Positions 60,669 through 64,000 of a stretch of 64,000 bases of DNA are shown piece by piece. Position numbers and translations under genes: made by a program. Positions within the stretch are counted from its first letter, which is position 1. Each line of letters begins with the position of its first letter. Source of the DNA: a virus; the IMG/VR virus record IMGVR_UViG_3300002026_000003; one strand, 5' to 3'. The notes beneath the pieces were generated by a model that did no database searches, was not told the origin of the DNA, and saw nothing but the letters and a program-made list of their open reading frames with translations.

Positions 60669-63343
60669 TAGACAAGAAACACTGTCTTGGTTGCCCGTTA
60701 GATGGGATATCGGCACCATCTGCTACAAAAGGCAATACCAAGGCTAAGTTTATGGTGGTTGTTGATACACCAAGTAGTTTTAACGCGGCCAAAGGTAGAT
60801 TACTGTCGGAGCGGTCTAGCGGGGTGTTTGCAGAACACATGGACGCCGCTGGTTTTGATACTAGTGAGTTTTCGTTTGTGCCACAAGTCAGATGCCCACA
60901 CGACGCAGACCAGATTACTACCAAGGAAGTACGTGAGATTCAGAAACATTGTCGTGAGCATTTCTTGGACGATGTTTTTGAGCAGAAGCCTGAAATGATT
61001 ATCCCTATCGGTGCAGAGCCAGCTAGGCAGGTATTCGGTAGGGCAGTAAAGATAACCAAAGTTCGCGGAGTGGCTGAGTTCAACGAAGAACACTCGTGCA
61101 TGGTGATGGCTTTACTAAACCCCGGACAGGTGGTTATGTACCCACAGCATGCGCCTATATTCGCGGCAGACTGCCAGACCCTACGTAGAGTAGTTGATAG
61201 TGGTTATGACGTACTGGCTGCGGGTAATGCGCTACTAGGTGACTACGAGTACATAGACGATCTAGAGTTTCTGATAGAGCAAGAACCTTCCCTACTATTC
61301 TTCGATACTGAGAATACTAGTCTTGAGTATTTCAAGAAAGGCCCAGACGATGCTAGGGAATACGACCCTAAGAGACATGGTAAGGAATTCAACCCAAGTG
61401 CAGCTATTCTTACTATGCAGTTCTGTATTGAGCCGGGGAAGGCATACATGCTGGTATGGGATCACCCAGAGAAACCTATAGCCATGCGCAAGAAGCGTAA
61501 GCTGGTAGAGCAGTTAGGTAGGCTATTGTGCAATCCTAAAACTAGAGTTCTTGGGCAGAACCTGAAATACGATAACAACTACCTGTTTGAGCAAACCGGT
61601 GTGCGCTTCAAGATAGGTGGCGATACTCTTATGCTCGCTGCCCTCCTAGACGAGAACATGATAAGCAAGAGTCAGGATGTACTGGTTAAGCATTACGTAC
61701 CGGAGATGGCTGGGTATGCAGATGCGTTCAACGCTTCTGTAGATAAGTCTAGAATGTGGGAGGTTCCTCTAGCCAAGCTTATAGGCTACGGCTGCGGCGA
61801 CGTAGACTCAGGCTACATGCTGTATAAGGCAATGTTCAAGGAGATGCGTAAGGATGACCGGCTTATTGAACACTACCGCAGGGTATCACTGCCGGGGCTT
61901 AACACATTCGCGGCGGTAGAGACTAGCGGCATACATATTGACCAGCAGGCCTTATCTGACTTTGAAGCACTCATGGAAGTATCTGTTGCTCAGCAAGAGG
62001 CAGACCTACTAGAGCAGGTACCTAAATCAATCAAGCGTAAGCACATAGATAAGGGACTGAAGTTTAGTCGGTCAGACTTTGTACTGGATATATTATTCAG
62101 GCACAAGGATGGATTCAGGCTACGCCCGAAGGTATATACAGCCAAGACGGCAAAGCTGCCTGCGGATAAGCGGGTGCCTAGTACATCGTCTAAAGACCAC
62201 CTACCGTACTTTTTCGATGACTGTCCTTTTACCTTGCAGCTTTCCCAGTATGTGAAAGACTCTAGGTTGCTTGGTACCAACATCAAGGGATTCCAGAACA
62301 AGTATATCCATGATGGTTTGGTGAGGCCCGTATATAGCCTATGGACTACCGTTACCGGCAGGTCATCATCTGAGAACCCTAACGGGCAGAACTTCCCCAA
62401 GAGAGGCCCTAACGCTACTGCATACCGGAGAATCTTCGTACCACCTCCGGGTTATTACGTACTGGAGGCGGACTTGTCTCAAGCAGAGCTACGTATTGCG
62501 GCGGATATGGCTAGTGATAGGACTATGCTTGGTATCTACCAGCAAAAGGGCGATATCCATACAGCCACGGCATTGATTACGATGGGTACTGATATGGAGC
62601 ATTTTAAGTTGTTGCCCAAGGCTGAGCAAAAATCTGCGAGACAGAAGGCCAAGGCTGTTAACTTTGGTTTCATTTACGGCATGGGCTGGAGAAAGTTTAT
62701 CGGCTATGCTAAGACGCAGTATGGCGTGGAGTTTACGGAGCTAGAGGCGCAACGGATACGCACTGCGTTCTTTGAGAAGTACCACGGATTGCCTGCATGG
62801 CACGATTCAACTAGAGAGGCGGCACACAGGGACGGTATGGTTCGTTCCTACTCTGGGCGGATACGTCACCTACCTATGATTCATTCTGAGGATCAAGGCG
62901 TAGAGTCGGAAGCAGGCCGGCAGGCTATCAATAGCCCTGTGCAGGAGTTTGCTTCATCGCTAGGCATCATGGCTATCGGTAGGCTGCATGACGAGATAGA
63001 CCCTGAGTACCTAGCACCCATAGCGTTCGTACATGACGCTATCTACTGCTACGTACCAGCTAAGTACCTTGAGTGGGGAGCCAAGACGTTGAAGCGATAC
63101 ATGGAGAGTAACCCCCTAGAAGAGTGGTTTAACCTACGCATGAAATGCCCCATCATTGCTGATGTTAGCTTTGGTCTTAACTTTGGTGACACTAACGAGA
63201 TGGAGGGGTTATCTCTGGATGAGCCTTATGACTTCGGCAGGTTCTATGATGTTGAGCAGCAGACCGGTGTAGAGGTACCTAAGCAGAGAACACCACCCAA
63301 TAGGGGCTTACGCAAGACAGACCCGTATGGGCTACCTGTTTAG
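60665..63343 (+). CDS. family A DNA polymerase with N-terminal uracil-DNA-glycosylase-like domain and 3'-5' exonuclease
   Basis: N-terminus CLGCPL...AKFMVVVDTPS resembles a UDG family-4 fold. Exo motifs: FFDTENTSLE, NLKYDNNYL, YGCGDVD. Pol motifs: A LEADLSQAELRIAA, B RQKAKAVNFGFIYGMG, C FVHDAIY. Confidence 0.85.
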   Translation: MIDKKHCLGCPLDGISAPSATKGNTKAKFMVVVDTPSSFNAAKGRLLSERSSGVFAEHMDAAGFDTSEFSFVPQVRCPHDADQITTKEVREIQKHCREHFLDDVFEQKPEMIIPIGAEPARQVFGRAVKITKVRGVAEFNEEHSCMVMALLNPGQVVMYPQHAPIFAADCQTLRRVVDSGYDVLAAGNALLGDYEYIDDLEFLIEQEPSLLFFDTENTSLEYFKKGPDDAREYDPKRHGKEFNPSAAILTMQFCIEPGKAYMLVWDHPEKPIAMRKKRKLVEQLGRLLCNPKTRVLGQNLKYDNNYLFEQTGVRFKIGGDTLMLAALLDENMISKSQDVLVKHYVPEMAGYADAFNASVDKSRMWEVPLAKLIGYGCGDVDSGYMLYKAMFKEMRKDDRLIEHYRRVSLPGLNTFAAVETSGIHIDQQALSDFEALMEVSVAQQEADLLEQVPKSIKRKHIDKGLKFSRSDFVLDILFRHKDGFRLRPKVYTAKTAKLPADKRVPSTSSKDHLPYFFDDCPFTLQLSQYVKDSRLLGTNIKGFQNKYIHDGLVRPVYSLWTTVTGRSSSENPNGQNFPKRGPNATAYRRIFVPPPGYYVLEADLSQAELRIAADMASDRTMLGIYQQKGDIHTATALITMGTDMEHFKLLPKAEQKSARQKAKAVNFGFIYGMGWRKFIGYAKTQYGVEFTELEAQRIRTAFFEKYHGLPAWHDSTREAAHRDGMVRSYSGRIRHLPMIHSEDQGVESEAGRQAINSPVQEFASSLGIMAIGRLHDEIDPEYLAPIAFVHDAIYCYVPAKYLEWGAKTLKRYMESNPLEEWFNLRMKCPIIADVSFGLNFGDTNEMEGLSLDEPYDFGRFYDVEQQTGVEVPKQRTPPNRGLRKTDPYGLPV

Positions 63344-63381
63344 GCATAAAGCTTGACAAAGAAAGCTATAGGGCGTAAGAT
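63344..63381 (+). promoter_or_regulatory. sigma70-type promoter, paralog of 55961-55998
   Basis: TTGACA (63353-63358)-17 nt-TAAGAT. Shares CATAnAGnTTGACAAAGAAAnCTATAnG with the other copy. Confidence 0.5.
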
Positions 63382-63422
63382 GTTCTTAGTTTATATCGTC
63401 GCATATACGAAAGGAGACAGCT

Positions 63423-63869
63423 ATGGCTGATCGCATTAGGCGGGTACGTACCGCAATACCAGAAACAAAAAAAGGGCCAACAGTGGCTCAGACAAAAGTC
63501 ATGCAAGAGAATTTGAAATCGATTGCACAATGGCAACGTGAAGCGGAGCAGCTTCGTAAGAATATGGCCGAGGCGGAAGCAGACCTGTTCGCAGATATGA
63601 TTCGGTTTGATGTGATTCATCTGAATGGGGCAGACGGAGATTGCTGGGCTGACATTACACAGTCGGCTGGCAAAGCCACAAACCTGATCGACCCTAAGGG
63701 GTTGCGCGGGTTGCTTAAGAACGATGCCGACTACTACGCTTGTGTTAGCGTATCGGTCACCAAAACAAAAGAGTTTCTTTCTGGTAAAGAACTTGAGTCA
63801 ATCACCACGCATATCCCCGGAAAGGTGGGAGATAAGAAGCTGAAAATCACTAAGGATGATGAAAAGTAA
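63423..63869 (+). CDS. hypothetical protein (148 aa)
   Basis: AAGGAG upstream; a sigma70-like promoter lies upstream. Carries motif copy 27. Confidence 0.55.
   Translation: MADRIRRVRTAIPETKKGPTVAQTKVMQENLKSIAQWQREAEQLRKNMAEAEADLFADMIRFDVIHLNGADGDCWADITQSAGKATNLIDPKGLRGLLKNDADYYACVSVSVTKTKEFLSGKELESITTHIPGKVGDKKLKITKDDEK
63513..63528. repeat. motif copy 27
   Basis: TTGAAATCGATTGCAC (1 mismatch). Codons 31-35 of ORF 63423 (LKSIAQ). Confidence 0.8.
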
Positions 63870-64000
63870 TGGATCGTCAGGCTATCAAGGAGATGCTGCG
63901 TGAGGTGCTTGGGCCTAACGTAGAGCTAGTAGATCACCCTAAGTGGGTTGGTCTACGGTGCCCATTAGCCCCTTGGACGCACGAGCATGGAGCGGATACT
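63869..64000 (+). CDS. hypothetical protein, 5' fragment (possibly primase-type zinc-binding N-terminus)
   Basis: TAATG coupling; open to the window end. CPLAPWTHEHGADT is loosely reminiscent of primase zinc-finger N-termini; this is a weak call. Confidence 0.4.
   Translation, partial: MDRQAIKEMLREVLGPNVELVDHPKWVGLRCPLAPWTHEHGADT

Noticed and set aside
1964-60998. Plus-strand ORFs nested out of frame inside larger genes (1964-2149, 4560-4868, 7437-7640, 20644-20880, 28444-28731, 40213-40425, 47064-47303, 50387-50653, 60702-60998).
   Set aside because: They are embedded in alternative frames of recognisable genes (portal, fibre, endolysin, polymerase and others), lack an RBS, and have odd composition. 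The only overlap I accept is the G/GT frameshift pair.
2930-63528. The 16-bp repeat as a CRISPR array or as MITE/IS termini.
   Set aside because: Spacing is irregular (0.3 to 7.3 kb). Copies lie inside unrelated genes, there are no flanking target-site duplications or transposase, and the unit is only 16 bp.
2930-63528. The 16-bp palindrome as an RNA hairpin (terminator or RNase III site) or DNA cruciform signal.
   Set aside because: The two variable positions (4 and 13) do not covary. Seven of twelve exact copies would carry an A-G or C-T mismatch in the stem. No T-run follows the motif itself, and the stem would be only 6 bp and AT-rich. Not fully excluded for the perfectly palindromic copies.
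98-63620. All minus-strand ORFs in the track, for example 57465-58334 (289 aa), 20777-21502 (241 aa), 15808-16521 (237 aa), 54530-55168 (212 aa), 34984-35532 and 36894-37442.
   Set aside because: Each lies wholly antisense to a well-supported + strand gene, has no SD-like sequence, and translates to low-complexity Ser/Ala/Arg/Pro-rich sequence typical of shadow frames. The + strand ORFs tile the window almost without gaps.
1-64000. tRNA genes, integrase/repressor lysogeny module, terminase and phage RNA polymerase.
   Set aside because: I found no cloverleaf-compatible sequence in the few non-coding gaps and no ORF with recombinase, terminase ATPase or RNAP motifs. Absence by eye is weak evidence, so tRNAscan and HMM searches on the complete genome are needed before drawing lifestyle conclusions.

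Overview
This window looks like a contiguous 64-kb piece of a tailed dsDNA phage genome. About 80 tightly packed ORFs all read on the + strand, many with ATGA, GTGA or TAATG stop/start overlaps. None of the minus-strand ORFs in the track looks real. The modules run in this order. (1) 1-6381: small early or accessory genes, including a ParB-like domain protein, an HTH protein, a SleB-like hydrolase, a tandem M15A-like peptidase and a dNMP kinase. (2) 6507-14210: SNase-like nuclease, portal, XkdF-like prohead protease, scaffold-like protein, HK97-type major capsid, connector proteins and major tail tube. No sheath gene is present, so the morphology is siphovirus-like. (3) 14474-20146: G/GT tail chaperones with a T_TTT_TTT -1 frameshift site, then a 1672-aa tape measure. 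(4) 20143-48987: an unusually large (about 29 kb) tail-tip and fibre module. It includes 1185-, 726-, 701- and 688-aa proteins, an FN3 domain, a LamG-like protein, a collagen-like protein, an HxH-repeat fibre and a 4-member paralog family. (5) 49004-52044: lysis cassette with holin-like TM proteins, SLT-type endolysin, an embedded hemerythrin-like gene and i/o-spanins. (6) 52263-64000: replication module with ATP-dependent ligase, an AAA+/DUF1257/DUF2997 cluster, initiator, DnaB-like helicase and a UDG-like::PolA fusion. I saw no terminase, integrase, RNA polymerase, tRNA or CRISPR array in the window. The outstanding feature is a 16-bp palindromic motif, TTGMAATCGATTKCAA. It occurs 27 times (12 exact, 12 with one mismatch, 3 with two). 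It sits next to four of the five strong + strand intrinsic terminators, lies just upstream of ribosome-binding sites, is embedded in start and stop codons, and occurs inside genes mostly in one reading frame (LQSIA). I read it as a genome-wide protein-binding site network, either operator-like or a phage-specific promoter, whose function cannot be fixed from sequence alone. Other leads are a candidate replication origin (21-bp iterons plus an AT-rich tract) inside the initiator gene, and two near-identical sigma70-type promoters with a covarying inverted repeat. A promoter-to-terminator mini transcription unit follows the spanins. All protein family calls come from motif recognition by eye and need HMM or BLAST confirmation.
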